NCBI GenBank assembly: GCA_964016885.1
Contig: OZ024740.1
Coordinates: 26,846,001 to 26,910,000 of the forward strand
DNA: 64,000 bases
Direction: 5' to 3'
DNA from: Eledone cirrhosa
Taxonomy: Eukaryota
Part shown: in pieces, positions 1-13,494 of the stretch
How positions within the stretch are numbered: the stretch's first letter is position 1
Layout: each line of letters opens with the position of its first letter
Translations under genes and position numbers: made by a program
Notes under the pieces: model-generated
The model's database searches: none
The model's input: the letters and a program-made list of their open reading frames with translations, nothing else
Told to the model about the DNA's origin: nothing

Positions 1-812
1 GTGTATGTGTGTGTGAGCATTTGTGTGTGTTTGTGTGAGCATCAGTGTGTGTGTGAGCATCTGTGGATGTGTGAGCATCAGTGTGTATGTGAGCATCTGT
101 GTGTGTGTGAGCATCAGTGTGTGTGTGAGCATATGTGTGTGTCTGAGCATCAGTGTGTATGTGTGTGTGCGCATCTATGTGTGTGTGAGCATCAGTGTGT
201 GTGTGTGAGCCTCTGTGTATGTGTGAGCATATGTGTGTGTGTGTGTGTGTGTGAGCATCTGTGTATGTGTGAGCATCAGTGTGTGTGTGAGTATCTGTGT
301 GCGCATCTGTGTGTGTGTGAGCATCAGTGTGTGTGTGAGCATCAGTGTGTGTGTGAGCATCAGTGTGTGTGTGCGCATCTGTATATGTGTGTGTGAGCAT
401 CAATGTGTGTGAGCATATATGTGTGTGTGAGCATATGTGTGTGTGTGAGCATCAGTGTGTGTGTGAGCATATGTGTTTGTCTGAGCATCAGTGTGTGTGT
501 GTGTGAGCATCAGTGTATGTGTTAGCATCAGTGTGTGTGTGAGCAGCTGTGTGTGTGTGAGCATCTGTGTGTGTGTGTGTGAGCATCAGTGTGTGTGTGA
601 GCATATGTGTGTGTGTGAGCGTCTGTGTGTGTGTGTGTGTGTCAGCATCAGTGTGTGTGTGTGTGCATATGTGTGTGTGTGAGCATCTGTGTGTGCGTGT
701 GTGAACATCAGTGTGTGTGTGAGCATCTGTGTGGGCATCAGTGTGTGTGTGAGCATATGTGTGTGTGTGAGCATCTGTGTGTGTGTGTGTAAGCATCAGT
801 GTGTGTGTGTGT
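1..812. repeat. GT-rich minisatellite, unit ~18 bp (GAGCATCAGTGTGTGTGT), truncated by window start
   Basis: GAGCAT(C/A) recurs between (GT)n runs. Confidence 0.9.
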
Positions 813-1349
813 GAAAGGGAGAAAGAGAGAGCGGGAAAGAAACTGCATATAGATGAAGGAGCAGTTTAGATGATGTGTGTGTGGGGGGGGGGGTCCATAC
901 AAAACATATAAGAATACACCCCCCCCCCCCCATTTTATATATCATATTTAGCTTAGCGCAAGTAATTGGATTTGAAATGAAAAGTTATACAAAAAGGTAT
1001 ACAAGGGCGGTGCCCCAGCATGACCTCACCGGATGGCTGAAACGAGTAAAAGAGAAAGAGAGTATACATGTATTAAATTCAAACATACTTACCAGCCTAA
1101 ATCTATAAAGCCCACTGCAGGGGACACGGGACAATTGACACTGCCCCCCCCCCCCCCCCCCATTAAATCCGGCCATACATATATCATGCCAAACACTCAA
1201 CAAAACTTCCATATATTTATATCTCCTCATATTCATTGTTTCACTGCATCAAATACAATTGTTTGTATTTTTCCTTTCTTTACTATTTCGTAGATTATTA
1301 TTTAAACATTTAAAACTATAACCCTGCGTGTAGTTTTTTTTTTATTTTG

Positions 1350-1520
1350 GAGGAGGGGAAAGTCGATTAAACGACCCCAGTGTGTTATTGGTACTTTATT
1401 TTATCGACCTCGTAAGAATGAAAGGTAAAACTAAACTCGGCGGGATTTGAACTCAGAACGCATAACACTATGCTGCAAAGCATGGTGTTTGACGCTCTAT
1501 CGATACTGCTAACCCACCGC
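1350..1520 (-). mobile_element. tRNA-derived SINE, diverged family S1 copy
   Basis: Reverse complement of GAGTTCAAATCCCGCCGAG...CCTTTCATTCTTACGAGGTCGATAAAATAAAGTACC. Confidence 0.8.
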
Positions 1521-1536
1521 GCTAACTCCGCGTGTA

Positions 1537-1717
1537 ATAATTGTTTCTATTTTGTGGCACAAGGCCACCAATTATCCAGTGCATTACTGGTACTTTATTT
1601 TATCGACCTTGTAAGGATGAAAGGCAAAGTTAACCTCGGTGGGATTTGAACTCAGACCGTAAAGGGACGTAACTATGCTGAAAAGCATGATGTCCGACCC
1701 TCTATCAATCCACCACC
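1537..1717 (-). mobile_element. SINE family S1 with TSD
   Basis: Full S1 on minus strand; CGCGTGTAATAAT duplicated at ~1529 and ~1718. Confidence 0.85.
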
Positions 1718-1894
1718 CGCGTGTAATAATTACTACAAATACACATATAGTGATTAGTCATATTACAGAAGTCTTTAATTTAGAGATAAGACTGATGTCA
1801 CAACCCATGCATTTGATATGAGCTAACTTCACTCAACTAAGCATCTAGAATTAGTTTTCAAGACGAGATTGACGTCTAAAAATCCGCTAGGGCC

Positions 1895-2150
1895 GGTCCG
1901 GTGATTATCCCGGTTTCCATGGTGTGAAGTGAGCGAAAGTACAAGATTTTCTCCTGAATAGGACGCTAGTTCATCGCAGGGTTAAACCAACAATAATTAC
2001 TGGTACACATTTTCAGCTGAGTATACTGGAGACCCCATGAAATATAGTGTTGTACGCCTGAATACAAAACACAACTTAGCCAATGAATCGAACCCATGAC
2101 AATATGATCGTAAGTCCAACACATTTAGCACCAGACTACACGCCTCCACA
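1895..2150 (-). mobile_element. Old tRNA-head SINE (family S2)
   Basis: Minus strand reads GGCGTGTAGTCTGGTGCTAAA...GGGTTCGATTC (A/B-box-like); body resembles 15072 and 15320 copies. Confidence 0.55.
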
Positions 2151-2482
2151 AGATTTTGTATCATATAAATGTTCAGCGTTTCAGTCTAGCAAGGGGCGAC
2201 TTTCACCTACATTTGGTATCTTGCTGGGTGCAGTCTATATGGAGCAGTCTACGGAAACAAACTGTCAATATTTGGTCAACATCCTGTGTAGACTGGAAGT
2301 GTATAGGATTGGTACCGTACAGAATGACCAAAGTCACCAGGGACTTCATTGTTTTAAGAGAAAAACCGTTTAAACTTCATTTACATATGGTATACAGCTT
2401 TATTACCCTTGTGATATGTATATACGTATCTATGTATGCATGTATGTATATAGATGTATATAGATGTATATATATGATTGTA

Positions 2483-2538
<56 letters not shown>

Positions 2539-2854
2539 AATATCCACTTTCCGTGACTTGCCATCTGATTAATTGGTGAAATATATTTCTTTAATGGGAT
2601 ATATACAAGGAACGTTACTCATAGTTAAGGGTATACATTTAATTATTACCCAAACTAGCTATGCGTGGTTACACGCGTGTAAAAATGATCTCCTGTGATT
2701 ATTCATGTATATTTATATGTTAATCAATTTCTAGTTATTATAAAATGCTCGGATTTATCTTTGAGCTTATTTCCAGGCGATATGGCGCATGCCATTATGA
2801 CATGACACCCACAATTTCGATTTGGATTAAATTCATTTAATTTATCTTAATTGT

Positions 2855-2931
<77 letters not shown>

Positions 2932-2934
<3 letters not shown>

Positions 2935-3350
2935 AGGAGGTGAGTTTATTGTAGTACAATAAAGCAATGCAGATATCGGATAAGTAGCACTCTACAGTTT
3001 GTAGGACTGGAGTATAAATTATAATATATAAGATCAAAAGAGTTCCATGTATTTCATTATGCGCATTTCAAAAACAAATATCATCATGCAATAACATTGC
3101 GTTTTCGTCAGATAAAATAGGGAGACATGATATGAAGGTTAAAACACACTTGTGAATAGTGCAGTTTTAAATCAACATATATTAAATGTTGATTTAAAAC
3201 TGCACTATTCACAAGTGTTTTTTAACCTTCATATCATGTCTTCCTATTTTATCTGATCAAAACACAAATATTATTGCATGATGATATTTGTTTTTGAAAT
3301 GCACATAATAAAATACATGGAACTCTTTTAACCATCTTTTGATCTTATAT
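2932..3350 (-). mobile_element. Fold-back non-autonomous Penelope-like (pLTR) cassette, family A
   Basis: ~150 bp inverted arms centred ~3182; (TA)n on both sides; homologous to 35644-36015 and 47097-47640. Confidence 0.75.
3050..3119 (-). ncRNA. Minimal type-I hammerhead ribozyme motif
   Basis: UAUUUUAU-CUGACGA-stem II-GAAA-UGCGCA-UA-AUGAAAUA; the mirror copy at 3245-3314 has a broken core (CUGAUCA). Confidence 0.7.
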
Positions 3351-3367
3351 ATTATATATATATATAT

Positions 3368-3438
<71 letters not shown>

Positions 3439-3458
3439 GATACATATATACGTGCATG

Positions 3459-3499
<41 letters not shown>

Positions 3500-3501
<2 letters not shown>

Positions 3502-3700
3502 TAATTCAAAATATTAACAAAATAGATATTCTTGTGATCAATTATATTCTATTATACATATTTCAGAGGTACTGAATTAAGTTCAACAGTACGTCCTCAT
3601 CAGATAAAATAAAATGATACATGACATACCCTGACATGGTAGATGGTTAAGATTTAATCAAGGTAGTCTACTACCTTGATTAAATCTTAACCATCTACCA
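3500..3700 (-). mobile_element. pLTR-like cassette family B with HHR (3546-3610) and terminal hairpin (3637-3700)
   Basis: AUUUUAU-CUGAUGA-GGACGUACUG..CAGUACCUCU-GAAA-UAUGUA-UA-AUAGAAU on minus; homologous to 49575-49883. Confidence 0.7.
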
Positions 3701-3715
3701 ACTCTCTCTCTCTCA

Positions 3716-3827
<112 letters not shown>

Positions 3828-3988
3828 ATATATATATATATATATATGATGTTTAGTATATACATTGAATAGGTAAACACTGACTCATACATTGCATTTA
3901 ATCTGGATGTTTTCTCTAACTTTTTAAAAATATTTTTCGAAACAACACGATGCTCCAAGACCAACAAACAAAGATTATTGCGTATTTA

Positions 3989-4177
3989 GGTTGATTGGCA
4001 GTATCGGTAGAGGGCCGGACGCCATGCTTTGCAGCATAGAGTTACGGCTCTTTATGATCTGAGTTCAAATCCCGCCGAGGTTAACTTTGCCTTTGATCCT
4101 TACGGGGTCGACAAAATGAAGTACCAGTAATGTGCTGGTTAATTGCTGGCCTCGTGCCAAAAGTAGAAACAATTATT
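3989..4177 (+). mobile_element. SINE family S1, full length
   Basis: TGGCAGTATCGG A-box, GAGTTCAAATCC B-box; 15-bp TSD ATTATTGCGTATTTA at 3974-3988 and 4172-4186. Confidence 0.9.
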
Positions 4178-4619
4178 GCGTATTTACTAAGTGGTTATTT
4201 CGTCATTATTTTAACAAGTACGGTGTAGATTATGATTTGCTGAGGAGGCTAGAATAAGAATGAAACATTTCCGAAAGTGTTCGTCCTTAATTTCCGTAAA
4301 GCAGTTTGACATAATATTACTGATGTAAATATAAGTTCCGTAGCTAATATTATCAAAACATGTAAATGGCCATGAACATCAGATATATGTAACCATGTAA
4401 CACCATCTTTTCCATACATTCTTCGACCACTGCCTACGTGTCTCTTGCACTCCCTATCTCTCACTATTATATACAAATGGGCCCACACGTGCTGGCCGCC
4501 CTCCGGTCCCGGTGGACGGAATAAAGTAGGCGTTTCCCTGGGGGGAGTGTTGAAGACTCGTTAGAAGAGCCATTCCAGTTAGATACCCGCAGCTCGTAAT
4601 GCTCAGAGCTGCGGGTATC

Positions 4620-6423
4620 TAACTCCGAGTCGATGGTGGTGAGTAGTGAGGTGGTCCTAGGGCCAACGACACCAGAAGTCTCCTCTGCTACAGGTAGGCA
4701 ACACTGTATCCATGGTGGTGAGTAGGCAGGTGGTCCTAGGGCCAATGACACCAGAGGTCTCCTCTGCTACAGGTAGCCAACTCCGAGTCGATGGTGGTGG
4801 GTAGTGAGGTGGTCCTAGGGCCAATGACACCAGAAGTCCACACTGCTACAGGTAGCCAACTCCGAGTCGATGGTGGTGGGTAGTGAGGTGGTCCTAGGGC
4901 CAATGACACCAGAAGTCCACACTGCTACAGGTAGCCAACTCCGAGTCGATGGTGGTGGGTAGTGAGGTGGTCCTAGGGCCAAAGACACCAGAAGTCCCCA
5001 CCGCTACAGGTAGCCAACTCCGAGTCGATGGTGGTGAGTAGGCAGGTGGTCCTAGGGCCAATTACACCAGAAGTCCCCACTGCTACAGGTAGCCAAATCC
5101 GAGTCCATGGTGGTGGGTAGTGAGGTGGTCCTAGGGCCAATGACAGCAGAAGTCCCCACCGCTACAGGTAGCCAACTCCGAGTCGATGGTGGTGGGTAGT
5201 GAGGTGGTCCTAGGGCCAATGACACCAGAAGTCCACACTGCTACAGGTAGCCAACTCCGAGTCGATGGTGGTGAGTAGGCAGGTGGTCCTAGGGCCAATG
5301 ACAGCAGAAGTCCCCACCGCTACAGGTAGCCAACTCCGAGTCGATGGTGGTGGGTAGTGAGGTGGTCCTAGGGCCAATTACACCAGAAGTCCCCACTGCT
5401 ACAGGTAGCCAACTCCGAGTCGATGGTGGTGGGTAGTGAGGTGGTCCTAGGGCCAATTACACCAGAAGTCCCCACTGCTACAGGTAGCCAACTCCGAGTC
5501 GATGGTGGTGGGTAGTGAGGTGGTCCTAGGGCCAATTACACCAGAAGTCTCCACCGCTACAGGTAGCCAACTCCGAGTCGATGGTGGTGGGTAGTGAGGT
5601 GGTCCTAGGGCCAATGACACCAGAAGTCCACACTGCTACAGGTAGCCAACTCCGAGTCGATGGTGGTGAGTAGGCAGGTGGTCCTAGGGCCAATGACAGC
5701 AGAAGTCCCCACCGCTACAGGTAGCCAACTCCGAGTCGATGGTGGTGGGTAGTGAGGTGGTCCTAGGGCCAATTACACCAGAAGTCCCCACTGCTACAGG
5801 TAGCCAACTCCGAGTCGATGGTGGTGGGTAGTGAGGTGGTCCTAGGGCCAATGACACCAGAAGTCTCCACCGCTACAGGTAGCCAACTCTGTGTCGATGG
5901 TGGTGGGTAGTGAGGTGGTCCTAGGGCCAATTACACCAGAAGTCCCCACTGCTACAGGTAGCCAACTCCGAGTCGATAGTGGTGAGTAGGCAGGAGGTCC
6001 TAGGGCCAATGACACCAGAAGTCTCCACCGCTACAGGTAGCCAACTCTGTGTCGATGGTGGTGAGTGGGCAGGTGGTCCTAGGGCCAATGACACCAGATG
6101 TCTCCACCGCTACAGGTAGCCAACTCTGTGTCGATGGTGGTGAGTGGGCAGGTGGTCCTAGGGCCAATGACACCAGATGTCTCCACTGCTACAGGTAGCC
6201 AACTCTGTTTCGATGGTGGTGGGTAGTGAGGTGGTCCTAGGGCCAATGACACCAGAAGTCTCCACTGCTACAGGTAGCCAACTCCGTGTCGATGGTGGTG
6301 AGTAGTGAGGTGGTCCTAGGGCCAATGACACCAGAAGTCTCCACCGCTACAGGTAGCCAACTCTGTGTCGATGGTGGTGAGTAGTGAGGTGGTCCTAGGG
6401 CCAATGACACCAGTTGTCTCCAC
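4620..6423. repeat. 79-bp GC-rich minisatellite, ~23 copies
   Basis: Unit CAACTCCGAGTCGATGGTGGTGGGTAGTGAGGTGGTCCTAGGGCCAATGACACCAGAAGTCCCCACTGCTACAGGTAGC; period 79 (4778 to 4857). Confidence 0.95.
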
Positions 6424-7094
6424 TAAATAATATCTTTCATTTGTGGACATATAATTATTTCTTATTAACTTTTTAATACCTATTGTATGAGATGTTGGCA
6501 CAATGTTAACTGTTACAGTATGAAGAATATCGTCATGATTTTCAGGCACACAGTCAGTCAGCAAGGTTGTACAGGCAGCGAGGTCGACATGTCGGATGTG
6601 AAGCTGTCTGTGCAGGCAGTCAGACGGTGAGTCTGGCTGTGGAGGCAGTCAGACAGACATAATATGCAGGTAGGCAGGCAGACAGGACAGAATAATGGTA
6701 GTCTGTGCAGGCAGGTAGGCAGACATACTGACTGTGCAGGCAGAGATGCTTACAGACAAGCAGACAGAGAGACGGAGAGAGAAAGTATGTGAGAGAGAGA
6801 GAGAGAGAGAGAGATTTTGTAGACAGATCGGTAGGCTGGCAGACAGACAGACAGACCGGAAGTCAAACTCAAGCAGACAGTTCAGCAGTAAGTCGGAGTG
6901 TATATGCAGGCAGTCAGACATGCAAACGTTCTATGCAGGCAGACAATCAGACAGACAGACATGCAGATTTAAATATTCCTGTTGCTTCTATTTCTACAGC
7001 TGAAGCAGCAGTACCAGTGATATAACAGGGGCGCGGTGTAGCCCATAGACGTTGCTACAGTAATGGTTCAAGTCTTTATACTTAACTTAAATGA

Positions 7095-7410
7095 AACTCC
7101 GTCTGTTACGACGACGAGTATTCCCGTTGATCCGATCAACGGAACAGCCTGCACGTGAAATAAACGTGAAAGTGGCTGAACATTCCACAGACACGCGAAC
7201 CCATAACTTAGTTCTCAGGGAGATTCAGCGTGACACATAATGTAATATGGCTGCTCCTTCCAATTATAGGTATAACTCAATTTTGCCAGCTTAGTGGACT
7301 GGAGCAACGTGTAATAAAGTGTCTTGCTGAAGGACACAACCCTGGGGATTGAATACACGCCCATACGTATGTTAGCTGCATACCCTAACAACAAAGTCAC
7401 GCGCCTTTAC
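7095..7410 (-). mobile_element. tRNA-head SINE (S2-like)
   Basis: Minus strand GTGTCCTTCAGCAAGACACTTTATTACACGTTGCTCCAGTCCACT matches the core of 15072-15215. Confidence 0.7.
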
Positions 7411-8164
7411 TTCACTAACCATCAAGAAAATGTGCAACCACTACCACTCTAACCCCAACGTCAGGAGCAAATGATGCAACATTTAACTTTGTTCTTTGAA
7501 ATGACAGTTAAGTCTCCATGAAACCACTCCTTACCTACTTATAAAAATGTCTTCTTGTTTCTTCATTCTTCGCCCACGTATTCCTAAGATGGCCGTGGTG
7601 ACTGACTCATCAGACAATCTTTCCAAAGGGTCTTATATAAAGTAATCGTTTCCAATGATCCACCGGGATTCCCAGGCCTGACCAATCATACCTATGTCTA
7701 ACACTGGGTCTTCTGCTGGCTGTCTTTGACCGTAAATTCTGTCCAGCGTTTCCTCACATTACATAATTTAGTATTAAGTATTTATTACAGGAAGCAGAAG
7801 AGTATGGTGATAGATAGGACCGAACCTTCAATCACAGGTGTGTTTATCAGGAGTTGCATGTACCACCAACAACGAAGTAGCTATCATGGGTCAACAAGGA
7901 TGCCCCCTAGGCGATAGATCAACCTGCAAGAAATAATTGCTAGCTGTCCCTCGAATAAAAGCCTAATATCTTAGGAATGGAAACATGAGATAATGCAACG
8001 CTAAGTACAGTGCATAAAAAGCGGGATGGTCACGGTTTGATTGCCTTTAATTTAAAGTTGACTTCAATCAGAACTGACACTGAGTTAATTAACAGCGATA
8101 CCAAAGCCAGCATCAACAGCAACATATCCACCATAACCTCCCGCAAACACTAACGTGAACAACA

Positions 8165-8855
8165 CGATCACCGCCACCGTCACCACCACCACCTCTACCA
8201 CCACCACCTCTACCACCACCACCGTCACCACCACCACCGTCACCACCACCTCTACCACCACCACCGTCACCACCACCACCGTCACCACCACCTCTACCAC
8301 CACCACCGTCGCCACCATCACCGTCACCACCACCACCGTCATCACCACCGTCATCACCACCACCACCGTCACGACCACCGTCACCACCACCTCTACCACC
8401 ACCTCTACCACCACCTCTACCACCACCTCTACCACCACCTCTACCACCACCTCTACCACCACCTCTACCACGACCTCTACCATCACCTCTACCATCACCT
8501 CTACCACCACCTCTACGATCATCACTACCATCACCTCTACCACGACCTCTACCACCACCGTCATCACCACCTCTACCATCACCTCTACCACCACCTCTAC
8601 CACCACCGTCATCACCACCTCTACCATCACCTCTACCACCACCTCTACCATCACCTATACCATCATCTCTACCACCACCACCACCGTCATCACCACCACC
8701 ACCTCTACCACCACCACCACCACCACCTCTACCATCACCTCTACCACCACCTCTACCACCACCTCTACCACCACCTCTACCACCACCTCTACCACCACCT
8801 CTACCATCACCTCAACCACCATCATCACCATCAATATCATCATATACACCACCAC
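8165..8855. repeat. (ACC)n / ACCACCTCT low-complexity repeat
   Basis: Direct reading. Confidence 0.9.
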
Positions 8856-9648
8856 ATTAATGTTACCCTCTCTACACACATACACACGTAATACAAATAC
8901 GATGGTCAGTGCTTGTTAACCTTGTTGCTAAGCAACAATCATGTCGTGCATAAGTGTTTCTATATATGTTATTGTGTGGGTGGGTGTGTGCGTGCGTGTG
9001 TGTGTGTGCGTGTGTGTGTGTGCGTGTGTATGTGTCTGTGTACACAGTGACTCATATATTAAGGGACGCGCAGACACACTCACTCACGCGCAACGATGTG
9101 AACACAAGCAAGTAAACCTTATTTCACTATATATTCATCAGTGTATATAGTTATATATACAACTATATAAATGTGTTCGTGTGGAGGGAGTTAATGGGAG
9201 AAGTTTATGTATGACTCTCTCTCTCTCTCTCTCTCTCTCATTCAGAATGATATATGACGCCCCGTAGTTCAATACACTGAATTATCTATCAACTCATTGT
9301 ATTAGTATGTACATGGCTGAGGATTACTCAGGTATGTGTACTCTTAACTAAATTCTGAAGTGTGTCAGTGGTATGCAGTATATGCACGAGCAGTTCAAAG
9401 GTCCAGCAATGCAAAGACTGGTTAATTCGTCGGTAAAACGTATAAGATGTGTTCGAAGGTTTCAAAGTTCAGCCTTTGAATTGCACGCAAAATTCATCCG
9501 ATAGGCTTCCACACAGTTTCGATCTACCCAGTTTGACTCAAAATGTCAACGAAAGATATACAGAAGGAATCTGATTTCAATGTAACCAGTAACATCTGAT
9601 CTAGAAGACGTTGAAATATATTACTGACGTTATATTAATATATACTGT

Positions 9649-9836
9649 AAGGGTGGTGAGGCAGTATCGGTAGAGGGTCAGACACCATGCTTTCTAGCAT
9701 AGTTATGTCCCTTTATGATATGTGTTCAAATCCCGCCGAGGTTAACTTTGCCTTTCATCCTTACGGGGTCGATAAAATAAAGTACCAGTAATGTACTGGG
9801 TATTTGCTGGCCTTGTGCCAAAAAGTAGAACAGTTA
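9649..9836 (+). mobile_element. SINE family S1 with TSD
   Basis: TSD TTATAT(T/G)AATATATACTGT at ~9630 and ~9834. Confidence 0.88.
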
Positions 9837-9944
9837 TATGAATATATACTGTTGTCATTTAGAGAAGATTGTACTAATGGTAAAGTATACAACTATTTTC
9901 GACACACACAATAACGATTTGGTATCTTGTACCAAGCTTTCCAG

Positions 9945-10210
9945 GGAATTGTCGAGTCGTTAGAAAGGAAAGACGGGTACAGTACTTTGCAGTATTCCTT
10001 CCGGCTTTCTGCTCTCTGAGATCAAATCCCGCTGAGATCAACTTTGGCTCTCATCCTTTAGAGATAAAAAAGTACCGATCTATATTGTTTTTTTACTTCC
10101 TCTCTTTTATTTTCTACTGTTCTTTGGAAGAAATCTGCCGTGTTTAGATCTGGTGAGGGATGGGCTCCGCCAGGCTTTTAAAAGTAGGCCTTAGAAACGC
10201 CGTATGCCAC
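9945..10210 (+). mobile_element. Old SINE related to S1 with a distinct 3' part
   Basis: GAGATCAAATCCCGCTGAG head; tail TTGGAAGAAATCTG...GATGGGCTCC shared with 40230-40480(-), 40900-41140 and 42780-43040. Confidence 0.6.
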
Positions 10211-10425
10211 AACGCAGATTAATATATACTGTACAGATGATAAAACGTTCTTAACTCTGATCCACACACGCAATAGATAATCATTTGGTATCTTCTACCA
10301 CGCTTTCACTAATAATTATACTTTCCCATTTAATCGAAAATTGTCATAGACCCTGTTTCTGCCATTCACCCCTTGACTCGGCGAAATTTCCATGATGTGA
10401 GAGCTAGAGTGATCGAGGGGTGCGA

Positions 10426-10464
<39 letters not shown>

Positions 10465-10496
10465 TATATACACATACGCGCGCGCGCATGTGTGTG

Positions 10497-10610
10497 ACAG
10501 TTCTAACCGATGACAGATACATTCCATACAGCTGGTTTCTAAGGGTTTGACACGTGGCTATCATATATAACACTTTCGCATTATGGAATCGAACCATCTA
10601 CTTAATGGCA
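10497..10610 (-). mobile_element. Short interspersed repeat fragment (second copy at 24420-24535)
   Basis: TTCTAACCGATGAC...GGAATCGAACC shared; B-box-like GGTTCGATTCC on minus. Confidence 0.6.
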
Positions 10611-11985
10611 CTTTGTTTATCGAACCCTAAAAAGTCAAAAAAGACCTCACCAGAGCTTGAACGCAGAGTGAAAAGATCTAAACATATATTGGTAGGCATT
10701 CTATTCCACACTTCGACAGCTCTGCCATTCAGCCAATTTGTTAAGGTGTACCAAACAACTAAAATACTATAAGCGTTGAATTGACAAAGTCCTTAGTGTG
10801 TCTGCATTTTCCTACTCAATTCCAACCCCGCTGAGATCAGCTTTGCCTTTGATCTTTTTGTGGTCGATATATAAATTAGAAGTCTGGTACTGGTACCGAT
10901 TCTTCCTCTACCTCTCATTAACAGGTTCGCAATCTCTGTGTCGTATTCTACCTGAATGGAGATGAGCTCGGCCATGTTTAAAAGGCACAAGACTGTTTGC
11001 CCAGATAGTTGCTTAACGACTCCAATAGGAGTTAAGGACCCTTTACATTTTACTCTAGAACAAGTGTAACATTCTTCACAAACGGCAGAACTGAAGCCAT
11101 CTAATAAACCTATTTATACTGACCACATATTGTTCGTATAACCAAGGCTGCATCACAAAAGCTAACTTTCCCTTTCAAAAGCAGAACATAATTCAGCATG
11201 GAGTAGCTGCTGAATTTATATAATACACTTCTATAGCTCTTGTATAGAATACTAAAATAAAACTTATACATCTGCAATTACGCAGCGGTTACTCGTGAAC
11301 AGGTTTTCTAGCCACTATTTGTTTCCTAGACAACATTTCCCAAATCAACACCCTTTCCTAAATACTAATTCCATATGTCTCTTAGTAATATCACAATAAC
11401 AATGACCGTTCTTCCGAGCACCACCAGTGTATAACTACCTCACTTAAACATATTTTACTCGGTGGCCTCAGAGAGTTACATAACATCACCTAACTTTTCA
11501 ACCGAGCATACATCTGACACAGTCTCTCTTCCTCTCCTTTCTCCCATATCAAACAGTGTGGACTCTCTCCATATTTAACAATGTATATATTGTCATTCTT
11601 TCTCACTCTCTTCACATCTCACTCAGCCTCTCAACGACTATTACTTTACAGTTACTTGCCTGTACTCTCCATCAGACTAGTCTCTCTTACATTCACTCAT
11701 CCATAGCTGCTACCATCAATGAAATGTTCTCCCTATAGTAAAATAACTCCCACCATTACTCTCCTAGTCATTCAGTTTACCCTATAGCCACCAATACAAA
11801 GAACAACACCACTGTCGTCCCCATCATTGTGTCCCCACATTACTTCTAGTACAAGCACCACCACCACTACCATCTCCACCACCACTGCCACCACTACCAT
11901 GTCCACCACCACTACCACCAACACCATCTCCACCAACACCACCACCACTAACACCACCACCACCACCTCTTCCATGTTTCTAACA

Positions 11986-12032
<47 letters not shown>

Positions 12033-12554
12033 ATATATATATATGTTTGTGTATGTGTGTGTGGAGAGATATATATATATAGAGAGAGAGAGAGGAGGGA
12101 GAGAGGAAGGGAGAGAAGAATGTTATTCTTCCCATTACTCTCCCTTTTGGAAAGATCTTTCTTTTTTTCTCTCACCCACACACATGCGCACTCTCCCCCT
12201 CCCCCTCTCTCTTTCTGTTACCTAAATATTAACACCTCCACAAACGCCATCGTTCCAAACATGGCCACATCTACCACCATCCCCACCATCACAATCACAT
12301 GACCATAAACTACAACATTACCACCACTACACTAACAACAATAACATTTCCAGCACCACCACTGCTCATACTACAGCCTTTACTACCAACAATAACCTCT
12401 TCACCATCACCACAACGCCTACATCACAGCCACCGATACCATTATCGTAACTACTACCATCACCATCATCACCACCATCACCACACCCCACATCATAAGC
12501 ACCCTTACCACTACCATCAATACTAGCACCATAACAACGTCATCCAAAACCAGA

Positions 12555-13440
12555 AGCACCACCTCCAACACCACCACCACCCACACTACTACAGCCAACA
12601 GCAGCACCACCTCCAACACCACCACCACCCACACTACTACAGCCAACAGCAGCACCACCTCCAACACCACCACCACCCACACTACTACAGCCAACAGCAG
12701 CACCACCTCCAACACCACCACCACCCACACTACTACAGCCAACAGCAGCACCACCTCCAACACCACCACCACCCACACTACTACAGCCAACAGCAGCACC
12801 ACCTCCAACACCACCACCACCCACACTACTACAGCCAAGAGCAGCACCACCTCCAACACCACCACCACCCACACTACTACAGCCAACAGCAGCACCACCT
12901 CCAACACCACCACCACCCACACTACTACAGCCAACAGCAGCACCATCACAACTATCGCCATCACTACAACCAACAGCAGCACCACCTCCAACGCCACCAC
13001 CACCCACGCTACTACAGCCAACAGCAGCACCACCTCCAACACCACCACCACCCACACTACTACAGCCAACAGCAGCACCACCTCCAACACCACCACCACC
13101 CACACTACTACAGCCAACAGCAGCACCATCACAACTATCGCCATCACTACAACCAACAGCAGCACCACCTCCAACGCCACCACCACCCACACTACTACAG
13201 CCAACAGCAGCACCACCTCCAACACCACCACCACCCACACTACTACAGCCAACAGCAGCACCACCTCCAACACCACCACCACCCACACTACTACAGCCAA
13301 CAGCAGCACCACCTCCAACACCACCACCACCCACACTACTACAGCCAACAGCAGCACCATCACAACTATCGCCATCACTACAACCAACAGCATCACCACC
13401 TCCAACACCACCATCACCACCAGCACCACATCCAACACCA
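12555..13440. repeat. 48-bp minisatellite, ~18 copies
   Basis: Unit CAGCAGCACCACCTCCAACACCACCACCACCCACACTACTACAGCCAA. Confidence 0.92.
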
Positions 13441-13494
13441 AAACCACAACCGTCAACACTACCACCATTACAATTACCACCTTCCACCATCTTA

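Noticed and set aside
2560-2600. CTGATTA..GAAATATATTTC HHR-like string
   Set aside because: Core G8 is lost and stems are unconvincing
3989-4080. tRNA gene
   Set aside because: A/B boxes belong to SINE heads; no cloverleaf
4620-6423. CRISPR-like array
   Set aside because: Units are contiguous near-identical tandem repeats without unique spacers; eukaryotic context with no cas genes
8155-8919. Thr-rich mucin ORF
   Set aside because: GTG start, pure ACC/TCT repeat, no splice or signal evidence
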